From the NCBI RefSeq assembly GCF_001194135.2, contig NC_068982.1, forward strand, positions 192,392,089 through 192,427,564: a DNA stretch of 35,476 nucleotides, read 5' to 3'. How positions within the stretch are numbered: the first letter of the stretch is position 1; every line of letters starts with the position of its first letter. Positions 1-11,715 of the stretch are shown here, piece by piece. The translations under genes and the position numbers were made by a program. The notes beneath the pieces are model-generated. The model was not told the origin of the DNA and made no database searches. It saw nothing but the letters and a program-made list of their open reading frames with translations. Source of the DNA: Octopus bimaculoides. Taxonomy: Eukaryota.

Positions 1-383
1 AAACATTTTTTTGCAATTGTCTGATAATGCAGACATAGACTCGCCCAAATGCATCGATAGATCAACTGTGCCCGCAGCATGTGTAAGGACTTTCGAGCGA
101 GATCATTGCCATTGCTCCTGGACTGGCTCTTGTGTGGGTGGCACATAAAATACACCATTTTGAGCGTGGCCGTTGCCAGTACCGCCTGACTGGCCTTCAT
201 GCCGGTGACACGTAAAGGCACCCACTACACTCTCTGAGTGGTTGGCGTTAGGAAGGGCATCCAGCTGTAGAAACTCTGCCAAATCAGATTGGAGCCTGGT
301 GTAGCCTTCGGGTTTCACCAGTCCTCAGTCAAATTGTCCAACCCATGCTAGCATGGAAAGCAGACGTTAACCGATGAACGATG
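1..383 (+). mobile_element. 3' tail of dominant RTE-clade LINE (Octopus-like), with degenerate (ATG)n end
   Basis: Bases 101-383 are nearly collinear with 17330-17614, which directly follows an RT ORF stop. Shared core is GGAAGGGCATCCAGCTGTAGAAACTCTGCC...CCATGCTAGCATGGAAAG. Confidence 0.85.
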
Positions 384-402
384 ATTGTTACAATCATCTG
401 AA

Positions 403-730
403 ATGGAACTGTCAAAGTGTGACATTCAAGCAATTTTGCCATTCAATTTCAAAAAGGGATGTAAAGCAGCAGAAACTGCTTGCGATCTCAATGACATGTT
501 TAGTGAGGAACTGACCAGTGAGTGGTCAGCTCAAAATTGGTTTAAACGATTTCGCAGGGGAACCTGAGCCTTGGAGATCGCAAGCATAGTGGACACCCAT
601 TTGTCAGTGATGGCGGTTAATGAAAATCCATCAAGAAAGGTCCAAGTAAAACCACTCAAGAACTGGCAAAAGAATTTCAACATAACCAGAAAACTGCCTG
701 CAACTATTTGCATGCAATCGGAAGTTCTTA
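403..730 (+). pseudogene. Mariner transposase N-terminal fragment (two HTH motifs), disrupted
   Basis: MELSKCDIQAILPFNFKKGCKAAETACDLNDMF...WFKRFRRG, then after frameshifts LGDRKHSGHP (cf. LEDEERSGRP) and KGPSKTTQELAKEFQHNQKTACNYLHAIG. Confidence 0.8.
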
Positions 731-2061
731 GCTTGAACTTCACACATAGGTCATGAAAGGTAGATGGCTGCTTTGCACAACATCTGCAAATAATTGTGTA
801 AATCATGTGCTCCTTTCACAACAAAGCAGCCGTTTTTAGGATAGTGCTGCTTTCCCCCCAATGGAAGAGGTATCAAGAAAATATGACCTAAAAATTGCTT
901 ACTTACATTGCTCCTTGTCATTAGGCGTAAATGACTGGGCATCCAAAACCACACCAGAACATTAAACAAATTGAAAATGAAAAACCTTATCATTATATCT
1001 TGGAATGTGAGAACTCTTCAGGGCAGCAAGAAAAGCATAGAACAGAGGACTGCTTTGGTTGCCTGTGTCTAGAAGGAAAAAGACAATGGAATAGCAGCTC
1101 TTTCAGAAGCTAGACTAGCTGATGGCAGTCAGCTACTAGAAGCTGATGTTTTATGAGGGTTCCTGAGGGTGGATATACTTTTTTCTGGACAGGTACGCCT
1201 CAGGAAGTAAAGAGAGAAAGAAGGGTTGGGTTTGCTATTTGGAATGTCCTGGTGAAACATTTTGAATCTCTGCCTGTTGGCATTAATGAAAGACTTCTGT
1301 CATTGCATATTTGCACTGGCAAAAATATATATCCAACTATTTTCAGCTTCTGTGCTCCCACCATGAACTCAAATGAAAAAGTCAAAGAGCAGTTCTACTC
1401 TGAGTTACGTAACCAGTTGAGAAATGTCTCCATCCATGATAAACTTCTTTGTGATTTCAATGCATGCATAGGTTCTGATACATCTGTATGGGGTTCTGTA
1501 ATAGGGAAGCATGGGATTGGCAAGGTAAACTCAAACAGCCATCTGTTGCGGTCCCTTTGCAGTGAGTATGGACATTTGATTACCAATGCTATTTTTCAGC
1601 TTGCCAACCACCACCAAACTACCTGGAAGCATCCCCGATCCAACCATTATCACTTCTTTGATTACTTAATTGTGAGGTCTTATATGAGGGAAGATATCCA
1701 AGTAACACGTTCTTTCTCCATTGGGGAGCATTGGTTTGACCATAGACTGATACAATCAAGTGAAATTTACTATCTGCAGTCCTATTCGTAACAATTGCAC
1801 TTGACCAATTCAAAAAGTGAATGTGATAAAGCTGAGGAACAATGAAGATATTACTTCATTCCAAACATCCTGTGACAACAAACCTGCTGGCATCTCAGAC
1901 AACACAGATACTGAATCAGTATGGTCTGCCTTTGAAAATGCTGTATTTGAGTCATCTTGTGAAACACTTGGGTAACATTAAGAGGAAGCACCAAGATTGG
2001 TTTGACTCAGATGATCCAAACATGTCTCCTCTTTTGGACAATATTCACATTTGCTACCATC
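730..2061 (+). mobile_element. Old BovB-like RTE LINE, 5' part (5' UTR, APE endonuclease, start of linker)
   Basis: ATG at 977 opens MKNLIIISWNVRTL. ORF 1153-1791 has GYTFFWTG, VGFAI, DFNACIG, TWKHPRS, FDYLIV and DHRLI (APE motifs). RKHQDWFD linker motif lies near 1985. Confidence 0.9.
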
Positions 2062-3010
2062 AATGGATCATCATTATCATTATTTAACATCCGTTTTCCA
2101 TGCTGGCGTGGGTTGGATGGTTTGACAAGCTGACCAGCTGAAGAGCTGTTCAGGCTCCATGTCCCTTTTGGCATGGTTTCTATGGCTGGATGCCCTTCCA
2201 AACACCAACCACTTTACAGAGTGTACTGGGTGCTTTTTACATAGCACCAGTGTTTATGAGCCTACAAGATTTGGGATGCTCAGCTGGAGAGAGTTGCAAG
2301 GGATGAGCCTGTATGCAAGGGCAACCATGCTTATAGTTAGCTTGACATGTCTTTTCAAGCACAGCAAACTGCCAGGAGTCTCGGTCCCCTGTCATCCCCT
2401 CTGTGAGTCCCAACGTTTGTAGATCCTTTCTTACCACTTCATCCCACATCTTCCTGGGTCAACATGTTCCCTCTACAATTAGAAATCAGCATGTCTTGAT
2501 GCAACTCTCCTCATACATATGCATTACATGGCCATACCACTACATTCTCTACTCTCTTGCACACTACTCTAATGCCTCATATACCCAGTTTTTCTCTCAA
2601 ATCACTTACACCCTGTCATATATGCACACTGATATTACCCATCCACCAAAGCATGCTGGCTTAATTTCTTTCAAGTCTTTGCATATCCTCAGTAGTCACA
2701 GCCCATGTCTCACTGCCATGTAGCATAGCTGTCCATACACGGGCATCATACAATCTGCCTTCCACTTTGAGGGAGAGGCCCTTCATTATTGACAGAGGTA
2801 GTAGTTCTCTGAATGTTGCCCAGCCTCTTCTTATTCTAACAGTTATGCTTTCAGAACAACTACCTCCACTACTAACTATGTGTCCATATCCTGCACTGGG
2901 TACACTTTATAGAGTTTCTCTCAACACCTTTTCTACATATCGGGTAGGGCCATCTCCTTGAAGTTACCTGCAATTTGTCTGTTTCCCTATTTATCAATAC
3001 TTTGCAATGT
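2062..3010 (-). mobile_element. Dominant RTE family copy (RT C-terminus plus 3' tail), nested in the BovB-like element
   Basis: Reverse strand reads WDEVVRKDLQTLGLTEGMTGDRDSWQFAVLEKTCQAN* and WPYPICRKGVERNSIKCTQCRIWTH. A (CAT/TAT)n tail lies at 2068-2083. Confidence 0.9.
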
Positions 3011-3500
3011 AGACTGGATGCTTTTTATGTGATACCAGTACTGGCAGGGTCATCAAATAGCTTGCAAGGCAAGGAATTTTTGAGAGGTGAGGGGGCATTG
3101 GAGGAGGAGGTGATCTTGTGTCAGATGATGGAAGGTTAGAGTGAGACAGAGAGGCAGAAACAGAGGTACATGGTTATCTAGAGAGAGAGAGAGTTAACAA
3201 GAATGAGGACAGAAACAGGTGTGCTGCGGTAAAGGAGATACATGGTTACCCAGCCAGAGGGAAAGAGAGAGAGAGAGAGAAAATGGGAGACAACAAGAGT
3301 GTAAGAAAGAGCAGGAGAGAGATGGTGGTGAAACGCCAGGGCATACTCACAAGGAACTGGGATCAGAGCAAGGAATGGGGATCAGATCATAGATGGGACG
3401 GTAGAGTAAGAAAGAGAGAAACAAATGGTGGCTAGTGCCAGGACATACCCTCAAGGTATGGAGGTCTTAATATACGTGGCAGAATATTGCCAAGAAGGTG
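3010..3500 (-). mobile_element. RTE 3' UTR variant with purine-rich (+ strand) body
   Basis: Starts with the shared motif GTAGACTGGATGCTTTTTATGTGATACCAG, similar to 10160-10215 and 12830-12875, followed by GA-rich sequence. Confidence 0.6.
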
Positions 3501-3829
3501 CAAGGAGGGATTGGGGGTGGGGAATGCAGTGACTGGTGAGAACCTGTGAATGTGACAACCATAGAGCTATCTCCCTTTTGTGTGTTGTTTGGAAGATCTT
3601 TGGAAGGGTTACATTAAACAGACTAAACAATGCCCTTGCCAGCTTATCCACATCATTTAACGTGGGGATGCAGTGAGCAGGGCAATGAGGATAGGATTGG
3701 GAAGTGGGGGATAATCATAGTGTATGGAGAGGAAATGTGAGGAAGAGAAGAGATGCAGTTTGGGAGAGGAGATGTAGTTTGGTTTTATTGGGGTAGGGTG
3801 TGTGAAAATATTATTGTTACGTGTGGGTG

Positions 3830-5445
3830 GAACATAACGCTGCTTCTAGAACTCAGTTTCGCTGATGTGGGTGGGTCTTCTCATATCGCCAGACATTTTG
3901 GTCCATTGTCATTTCCTCCTGAATGTGGCCTGAATCTCAGCGTGGCTTTCAGGCTGGTGAAGACATGGTGGATACGGTTTTCAGCCTGGGGCAGCCGCAG
4001 GAAGAGGCTTATGAGCACAACTGAGACTTTTTTGTCACTTTTGTAGATTTAAGTAAAGCTTTCAACACTTTCAACTAGGGACGCTCTTTCGGTTGTCCTT
4101 AGAAAGATAGGTGTTCCCAAAAAGATGTTCAATGTCATCATTTTTTTCCATCAAGAGATGGTAGCTTCTGTTAGATCTGGCAGAGAAGTATCTGATTCAT
4201 TCACATTCTCAAATGGGACAAAACAAGGCTGTGTTCTTGCACCACTCTTATTTGCTTTGTATTTCTCTGTCATGTTGGAAATGAAGGTGTTAAAGAAGGA
4301 TTAAAGTTTGAGTAGAGAATCAGTGGTGGCTTGTTCAACCAACGGTGCTTCAAAGCAAAAACTAAGACTTTGGTGTAAATAGTTTGCGATTTGCTCTTTG
4401 TAAACGATTGTGCACTTGTACCACACACTCTCAAAGACATGCAATGGTTTCTAAGCAACTCCTCATGTGCATCGAAGGCTTTTGTCCTGACCATCAACAT
4501 TAAGAAGGCTAAGCTTGTCCATCAGCCCATTTGTGACAATCCTCCTCCTGTGTATGTTGACAAGAATGCATTGTGTCCAGTGCTGCTAAGATGGATAAAG
4601 AAATCGAATCCAGAATCAGGGAGGCTAGTTCCACTTTTGGTAAGCTTTATCACAGGGTTTTGGAATAATCACGATGTATTGTTGAAGCTGAAAGTCAATG
4701 TCTATAAGCTAGTGGTTTTGACGTCATTGCTTTATGGTGCTAGATCTTGGACCCTGTACTGAAAGCACATCAACCAGCTTGATGCTTTTCATATGTAATG
4801 CTTGCGTACTATCTCCAACATTAAACCGAGTGACCATATTCATAATAGTGAGGTTCTAACAAAATGCAACATATCAGGTATTGAAGCCATTCTCGTCAAA
4901 ATACAGTTTAGATGGTCAGGTCATCTCTCACATATGAGTGATATCAGAATTTTGAAGCAACTCCTCTTTGGTCAATTACCAATAGGAGGGCCAGTTGGAA
5001 GGCCACTCTTGCACTTCAAAGACTACCTAAAAGACAACCTGAAGCGATGCAACATTCCCTTTTCTTCCAGGGAAAACAAAGACTTGACACCAGTCCTGCT
5101 TTTCAGTTCAAAGATTTTAGTAAAGTTGACTCCAGCGTTGGGACCAACTTCATACAAGCATGAAGGTATGCTGGCAAAAGGCTTTTCCTTCAGGTGAAAA
5201 CCTTGCCTGTCACTATAGTTTTGTGGCACAGAACAAAGCAAGCCTTGCTGTCCACTCAAGAAAACATGTAGTAAATGACCCACAAGCACCCAAGCAAACT
5301 GAGACCTCAACACTTGTTCCATTTGCCAAAAGGTTTGCAAGGCACCAACAGGTCTCAAGAGACACATGCATGTCCGTAGAACATAATTACTGCTTTTTTT
5401 ACTGAACCTTCATCTGTCATACACGAGGAGAGAATCCATCATATT
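3830..5445 (+). mobile_element. Old BovB-like RTE LINE, 3' part (RT, thumb, terminal C2H2-like remnant)
   Basis: Frameshifted RT motifs: PESQRGFQAG, FVDLSKAF, GTKQGCVLAPLLF, LLFVNDCAL (YADD-derived), LLYGARSW, RWSGHLSHM. A CKAPTGLKRHMHVR-type end lies near 5335-5380. Confidence 0.9.
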
Positions 5446-5560
5446 GGTCAGTCTGAGGCCATCATAGATGACATTTGCCCAAGGCGCTATGCAGTGGGAC
5501 TGAACCCAGAACCATGTGGTTGGGAAGCAAACTTCTTACTACACAGCCACTCCTCCACCA
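5444..5560 (-). mobile_element. tRNA-derived SINE head (octopus OK/OR-like)
   Basis: Reverse strand has an A-box-like TGGCTGTGTAGT and a B-box-like GGTTCAGTCCC. It is homologous to 28665-28770. Confidence 0.8.
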
Positions 5561-7429
5561 TTAAAAAGAATATTTTTTTTTTATTTTGAAGAAATTGTTT
5601 CATCTTCCAGACAAATAAATAATCAAGTAAGTGCTACTAATTCCCTTGATTAGTTCATTAGGTTCTGATCCAGTAACCCACCAATTTACATCACAGTTGT
5701 TTTCCTCTTATAAAATCATTTGATTTCGCATCTTCTCTTTCCACCCATGCCAAATAAAATCCTCCCTGGAAATAGTTAAGAAAGATATTTTTCTAAAGAA
5801 ACTTTACTTTCTAAGGTTAATCAAAACTAGGCTTGGTTTTATAGAGAAAACAACTGCTTTTCAGTTAATTTTTTGCTATACAGATTTATTCCATTGCTAA
5901 CATCTGAAATTGATCATTTTGAATCACCTTTGTCAGCTGTGTGGATGGAGACCTAACAGTAAACTTCAAGATAGTAAGCAATCTTTCAGGTCTTTTAGAA
6001 ATTGTGAAGCTGAGGGTTTAATCTCAGATGCTAAGGTCTGTTACAACAAAGAACATTGAAATCTGTTTGAGATTTTTGATAGAAAAATATTTTTATCATA
6101 AACAAAAAAATGTTACTATGAATGAAAAACACCAAGATAATTCAAAGCTTATTGTTCTTGGATGAGGTATCATAGTAGGTCACTTTGTGAGTTTCTTCAT
6201 GTTAGCTAATCATTGTGTGTTGCTGTTAGTACTGCCCATTATTTTTGTATTGTCACAGCGCTCTTGTCTACTGCTGATTCTGCTACTGTCTGCTGATTGC
6301 CATTTCTGTGTCTGACATCTTTCTGTAGTGGTTAAAATGCATGCAATATATAGTGGTGATCTTGCCCAGAAAGTGCACCAAAGACGAAATTGTTGTTAGA
6401 TCTAATTCCATATGAAGTCTTGAAGCTTTGTTGATGACATTGGTAAAATTCTAGTGAATCGTAACTGTATCTGTGAGTTGTCTTTTTTTACATCAGATAT
6501 AGCAATCTGGGTTTGATAGCTAAATATTCCTGCTACAGGTCATATGTTTTGTATTCAGTAGAAGCCATACTAATCAATTACTGTATTTGCTGGTGTATAA
6601 GAGGCACATATGCACCCCTATTTTCCAAGTATATTTGTAAAAAGAAAAAAGCAAATTTAGTATATTTCATCATACACTCATTGAAAGATATTTTAAAGTA
6701 GTTTTGTAGGGGAAAATGTATGATTCCATTCATGTAAATACAATATACTGGAATAAAGTATAAAGACAAAATTTATCATTAATAGACTGTTATATGAGTG
6801 TTGTAATTCAATTCTATCTTCTTTCAAATCAACTATATAGTTGTTTATATTTTGGTCAAAAGAATTATCATACAGGATGCACAAATGCACAAACCTAAAA
6901 TTTGGGTTGAAATGTTTTGTGCTACCTTAATCGTCCATCAGGGTTGTGTGCCACTACTATGGTTTTGTTGTCATCCACTCATTGCAACTAACTGATAGGG
7001 GGATGAAAGTTTAACACTATTTTCACCGTTCTAGGATAATTTTTCATTTAAGTAATTAAAAAATGTTTCTTAAAGTTAACATAGTAATTAAGTAATGTAA
7101 GTCACGCATCACTCGTGAGTTGTATATGCTGGGGGAGGAGATATCATGAGACGATGTGACTTCCCCACATAACTACTGACATATTGTAAGCAATGTTTTG
7201 TAAGTTTGTTCCAAGAGACTGATATTTTAGTAGGTTTGAATATTTTATTATTAGTAACAGCTATTGTACCTAGCAGATTTATACTTATCCAACCTCTTAG
7301 CCCACAACACTTGGTCTTCCATCTATGGCTGCATCAGGCACAATTTTTGGATCCATTTGAAAATAAAAAAAACTGCATTTTATACACTAGCAAATATGGT
7401 AAGTTCTGAAGTAAAACTTTACTTACAAA

Positions 7430-8185
7430 TGAATTTATGAGTTGGAAATAAAACCTGGGACCAAGAGCTTAGAAAATACTCAAGTGTTTGTAAATATGAG
7501 AGAAAATAGGACCCTACTACAGTCAGAAAAATGGTTGTACTTCATCTACAAAAAGTAGTAGGTAGAAACTCTATATAGTGTGCTCGTGCTCAGTTAAAAT
7601 TGTGGATATACAAGAGATGTAGCAGTCTCACTGGCAGGCTGACAGAAAAGGTAGACTTTGTATGTGTCAGATACACAGGAGCACTGCAAGAATGTGTTTA
7701 AGAAATTCTTTTAAATGTCTGGAAGGCTTCTTAAAAATAGTTGATAGTTTTTGTTACCTAGGTTATCTAATTAGGTGTAGGGACAAGTGTTTTGAAGATA
7801 TAGTTATCACAATAAGAACAGGTTGGAAAAAGTTCAGGGATCTACAAATTTTGCAGGATAACAAAGGGATTCTGTCTTAGAGGGAAGAATAGGATTGTAT
7901 GAATAGAATTGTGTAGAAGTGCTGAGGATTTGCAAAGATTAGAAAAATATGGAGTAAACATGCTCCACTGGACCATAATATTTGTATGCCTAAAGCATTA
8001 GAGAGGAGACTGCAGTAGCATGGATGGTATGTAATTCATATGGAGGATGATAGCTGTATAAAAAAAGATTCAAGAAGAGGGTCTGTGAAAAAAGGAGAGC
8101 TACAATGAAGTGCTGAAGACTGATTTCAGGATGCTGAACCTCACAAAGGATATAGCAAGCGAATGACTGGTGACATATGGTACCT
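7430..8185 (+). mobile_element. Degenerate dominant-family RTE fragment (RT C-half including PHD-like insert)
   Basis: VGRNSI*C...KLWIYKRCSSLTGRLTEKVDFVCVRYTG, VDSFCYLGYLI, IRTGWKKFRDL. Confidence 0.8.
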
Positions 8186-8211
8186 AAATTTGCTTAATGT
8201 GTAACTAATTT

Positions 8212-8426
8212 TGGTTTCAAATTTTGGCACAAAGCCAGAAGTTTGGAGGAAGAAGTAAGTCGATTACATCAGCCCCAGTGTTCAACTGGTACTTATTTTA
8301 TTGACCCTGAAAGGATGAAAGGCAAAGTTTACCTCAGTGGAATTTGAACTCAGAAAGTGAAGACAGACTAAATGCTGCTAGGCCTTTCACCTGGTGTGCT
8401 AACAATTCTGCCAGCTTTTGCCACCT
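8212..8426 (-). mobile_element. tRNA-derived SINE (second family)
   Basis: B box GTTCAAATTCC on the reverse strand. Collinear with 15732-15948 (-) and 26884-27096 (+), sharing GATGAAAGGCAAAGT and AACTGGTACTTATTTTATTGACC. Confidence 0.85.
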
Positions 8427-8844
8427 TCTGTATAACTAATATTAAATTGAAATTACAACTGACATTCTGTGGAAAGCATAAAGTAACAAAGAAAATAGCA
8501 TTGCTATTTTCCCCTCTAATCTTTAGTTTCCTTTTTTTCTTCGTCCTTGTTATTCAATGTGTCGTCTGTTCACTGAGTCGTCATTTCTGTGTCAGCAATG
8601 CTATCGCTTCCTCCTCCCTTTCTCTCTCTTTATCTCTTCTTTAGCAATATTTCTCCCCGTCTCCTGCTGCCTTTCACATACTTTTCCCACTCTTTGAACA
8701 CACACACACTTGATTTTATACCATCTGTTAGCCAGGGTTTGGGAATATGACTGCAGAAAAGAGACAGCTAAACACTTTGCAATATTTCTTTTTTTTTTTT
8801 TTTTTTTGCCATCAAAATTTGGTGGTGGCAATCAACATTGTAAT

Positions 8845-8977
8845 TATGTGTATTATATCTGCAATAAACGAGTACAATATGTGTAATAGGTCAGCAATAA
8901 AAGAGTACAATATGAGTAATACATCAGCGATAAACGAGTACAATATGTGTAATACGTCATCACTAAACGAGTACAAT
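8845..8977. repeat. 33-bp tandem minisatellite, about 4 units
   Basis: Full units start at 8861, 8894 and 8927 (consensus GCAATAAACGAGTACAATATGTGTAATACGTCA), with partial units on both sides. Confidence 0.95.
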
Positions 8978-10010
8978 CAAATTCTGTTAAACATGGCGAC
9001 GTTAATTAATTTTAAAAAATGTGTTAATTGAGGGTAAATATCAGACTTTTGATTTAATAATTACCAAAACAGCTCTTTCTCCTTTGATAGTTTGTTTTTT
9101 GAATGTAAAGAATGTTTATTCATTTATTTACTCCATAATAAACATTCTTAGCGTCATCAGACAACTTTTACACACTTTTCTGATGTTTTCAGAAATTAAC
9201 TTAAAGACTAAATTATTTTATCAACTAAATTAAAAATTACGGAAATTGTTGTAGCGATCGATTTGTATTTCACCTTTGAATTCTTAACCACATTTTTATT
9301 ATTATTTTAAATTACGGAAATTCCTGTATCAATGAAAATAACGAGGACGATACTTTCATTTTCAGTTGTTTTCAGATGTTTAATTATAAATTATTATTTG
9401 TGAAGTCATTTATTGTAGAAAGAATCAATTAAGCTGATATGTGATATTCCCAAGACGAAGAAATTACATTTTCAAAATACTCATTTGTCGTTCTCTTTCT
9501 AATTAATAATTAAACAGGTTCAGATTTTTTTAAACACAATTAAAAAAAAAAATGTTTATGTTTTAACTTTTACTTGAGTAATATTCCCACTTTACAAATT
9601 GTTCGATGCACTTAAACTTTGAAATACACCACACTAACGTTTTTTGTATTCAAATAATCTAAATGGTTTTGTGAATGCCGGAGTTCTTTGATTATTTATT
9701 TCGCATATGTTTAGCTTTATGAAGAATGTATCGATTTTATGTTTTAATTATTATCTCTGAATTTCTGTCCGTTGCATACCATTACAAAAACTAGTCCCTA
9801 AACAAACTTTTTTTTTCTGCAAATATTTATTTTTATACTATCCAAGGTGCCCACTAAAATACATCATATTTGGAACAATTCTATACAGCGAAAATCTGGA
9901 AAGCTTGTAAATTAATTATACGAATTTTTTCTTGTTTGCACACTCAGATGCTATTGTGAAAGGGCTTTAAAACCTAAGATTAAGCTATTAGTTTTATTAT
10001 TTTTGTTTCG
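8860..10010. promoter_or_regulatory. CpG-retaining AT-rich island, candidate promoter/first exon
   Basis: Roughly 25 CpG by eye versus strong depletion in flanks. YY1-type AAACATGGCG at 8989-8998. Possible donor AGG|GTAAAT at 9033/9034. Confidence 0.4.
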
Positions 10011-10019
10011 AAATTTATA

Positions 10020-10930
10020 TATCATCAAAATGATTTTCTAACGTCTGCTTTCCATGCTAGAATGGGTTGACCTGTTCAAGAGGATCCGAAGAGTTGGAGG
10101 ACTGTATTGTACTCCACTGTCTGCTTCTACTATAGCTGGATGTCTTTCCTAACACCAACCACTTTACAGAACGTATTAGTTGCGTTTTTCATGGCACCAG
10201 CACTAATGAAGTCACCATATAGCTCACAAGATTAAGACCTCCTTCAACTGAGTGGGACTACAGAGAGGGTAGCAGCTTTATGCAAAGTAATGAAATGTTG
10301 TAAGAAGATTGTTTCAGCAGAAGTTTCTTGCTGTAGAATTGATGCATAGACACTTGTATTATTTAGGAGTTGGTGGAGCTGTAAAGTGAAATAACGATGG
10401 TGGTAACGAGATATCAGGGAGAGCTTTCAAGATGCAAGAAAGTGAATAGGTGTGAGTGAAGACAGAAGAACAAGAAGAGTGGATGTGTAGAGGCTGTGAG
10501 AGATGAGCATGAGGGAGAGAATAAGGGATGGTTAAAGATAGAGAAGGGTTAGGGTTAAATATAATGAACTATAAGCAAGTGCAGAGGGGTGGTCAATGAT
10601 AAGAGTTGGCAAGAAGAAAAGGGAGAGCAGATGATGATCATAGAGATAAGTTAGGGTTGTAGGTGGATGTAGTGAATGGTGAGCATGGCTAGAAGGGTGC
10701 CTGAAGATATATAAGCATTGGAGGGGAGAAAAGGTGATGATTAGTAGTACTGAAAGAAGTGAAGAGCAGCAGAATAATAATAATGATGCAGTAGACAGGA
10801 GAAAGATGTGGGAAAGGGAAATGATGCATGAGAGGCCAGTTGCAAAAGTGTGTGAAGAGAATGAGGAATGTATGGCAATTGGGGCAAGTCAACAGGACAA
10901 GGTTCAAGGGACTTGGAAAAAATAATATGG
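10020..10930 (-). mobile_element. RTE 3' tail with long purine-rich (+ strand) UTR
   Basis: Tail motif AACGTCTGCTTTCCATGCTAG...GCTGGATGTCTTTCCTAACACCAACC followed by about 700 bp of GA-skewed sequence. Confidence 0.7.
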
Positions 10931-11519
10931 TAGTGAGAAAGCTAATTGGAATCACATACTTAGTAGTGTATTCTGGTTACAAAATGATATACTGTTGCCT
11001 TACCAGCAAATATATGTACCAGTTGCCAGGAATGTGTTTAATATGCAAATTGGTCTATCCAATTATGTTACACCACTAAACCTAGTGGGTATTTAAACCA
11101 TGTGTTTGTGGATACTTGATAGGTTGGATGAGGTGCTGATGAGAGGGCAATAATCTTTGAAATATGTGTATATACCCATTACCTATTTTTCTCTCTTCAA
11201 TAATATTTTTTACCTTGAAGTATTGTTTATGAAATGTCATAATTTACAATGTTGGCTCTGAATTCTATAGAAAACTATAGATAACCTTAAAATGAAATTG
11301 GAATCACAGGACAAAATGATGAAATATGTAGTTCTGTTCTTATTTAATTACTGCAGCAGAATACTTCATTAGGCAAGTGATATAGGCATCAGTGAAGAGA
11401 GATGAGGGATTAGTGGAAACCGTTAAATAGCAAATTGGACAATTGGCCTAGTTGTGTATTTACATATGTTTCCAGAACCTCAGTTTGGCCAAAATGAATT
11501 CAGACTTTTTAAGCACTGC

Positions 11520-11715
11520 ATATTGTTAGTAATCCCAGCCCTTAGTCATTTCCTCTGTGAGATTCAAAGTCCCTAGGTCAGCCATCACTACTCCATCCAT
11601 TGTCTTTATAAATCTCCCTCTTCTTTAAGCCACATCCATCTTCAGTGATCAGCTCTTTTTTATACAGTTGTTCTTACCCATATACATTGCATGTCTATAC
11701 CAGTGCAGCTTTCTC
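11520..11715 (-). mobile_element. Degenerate RTE RT C-terminal fragment
   Basis: Reverse strand gives LHWYRHAMYMGKNNCIKK...RRGRFIKT, homologous to the RLRWxGHV...GRGRPxKTW block of other copies. Confidence 0.65.

Noticed and set aside
4391-5405. Mid-length ORFs as host genes (also many 60-130 aa ORFs elsewhere)
   Set aside because: They are frameshifted pieces or antisense readings of LINE ORF2.
8845-8977. CRISPR-like array of ~33-bp repeats
   Set aside because: Units are head-to-tail with no unique spacers, there are no cas genes, and the context is eukaryotic.
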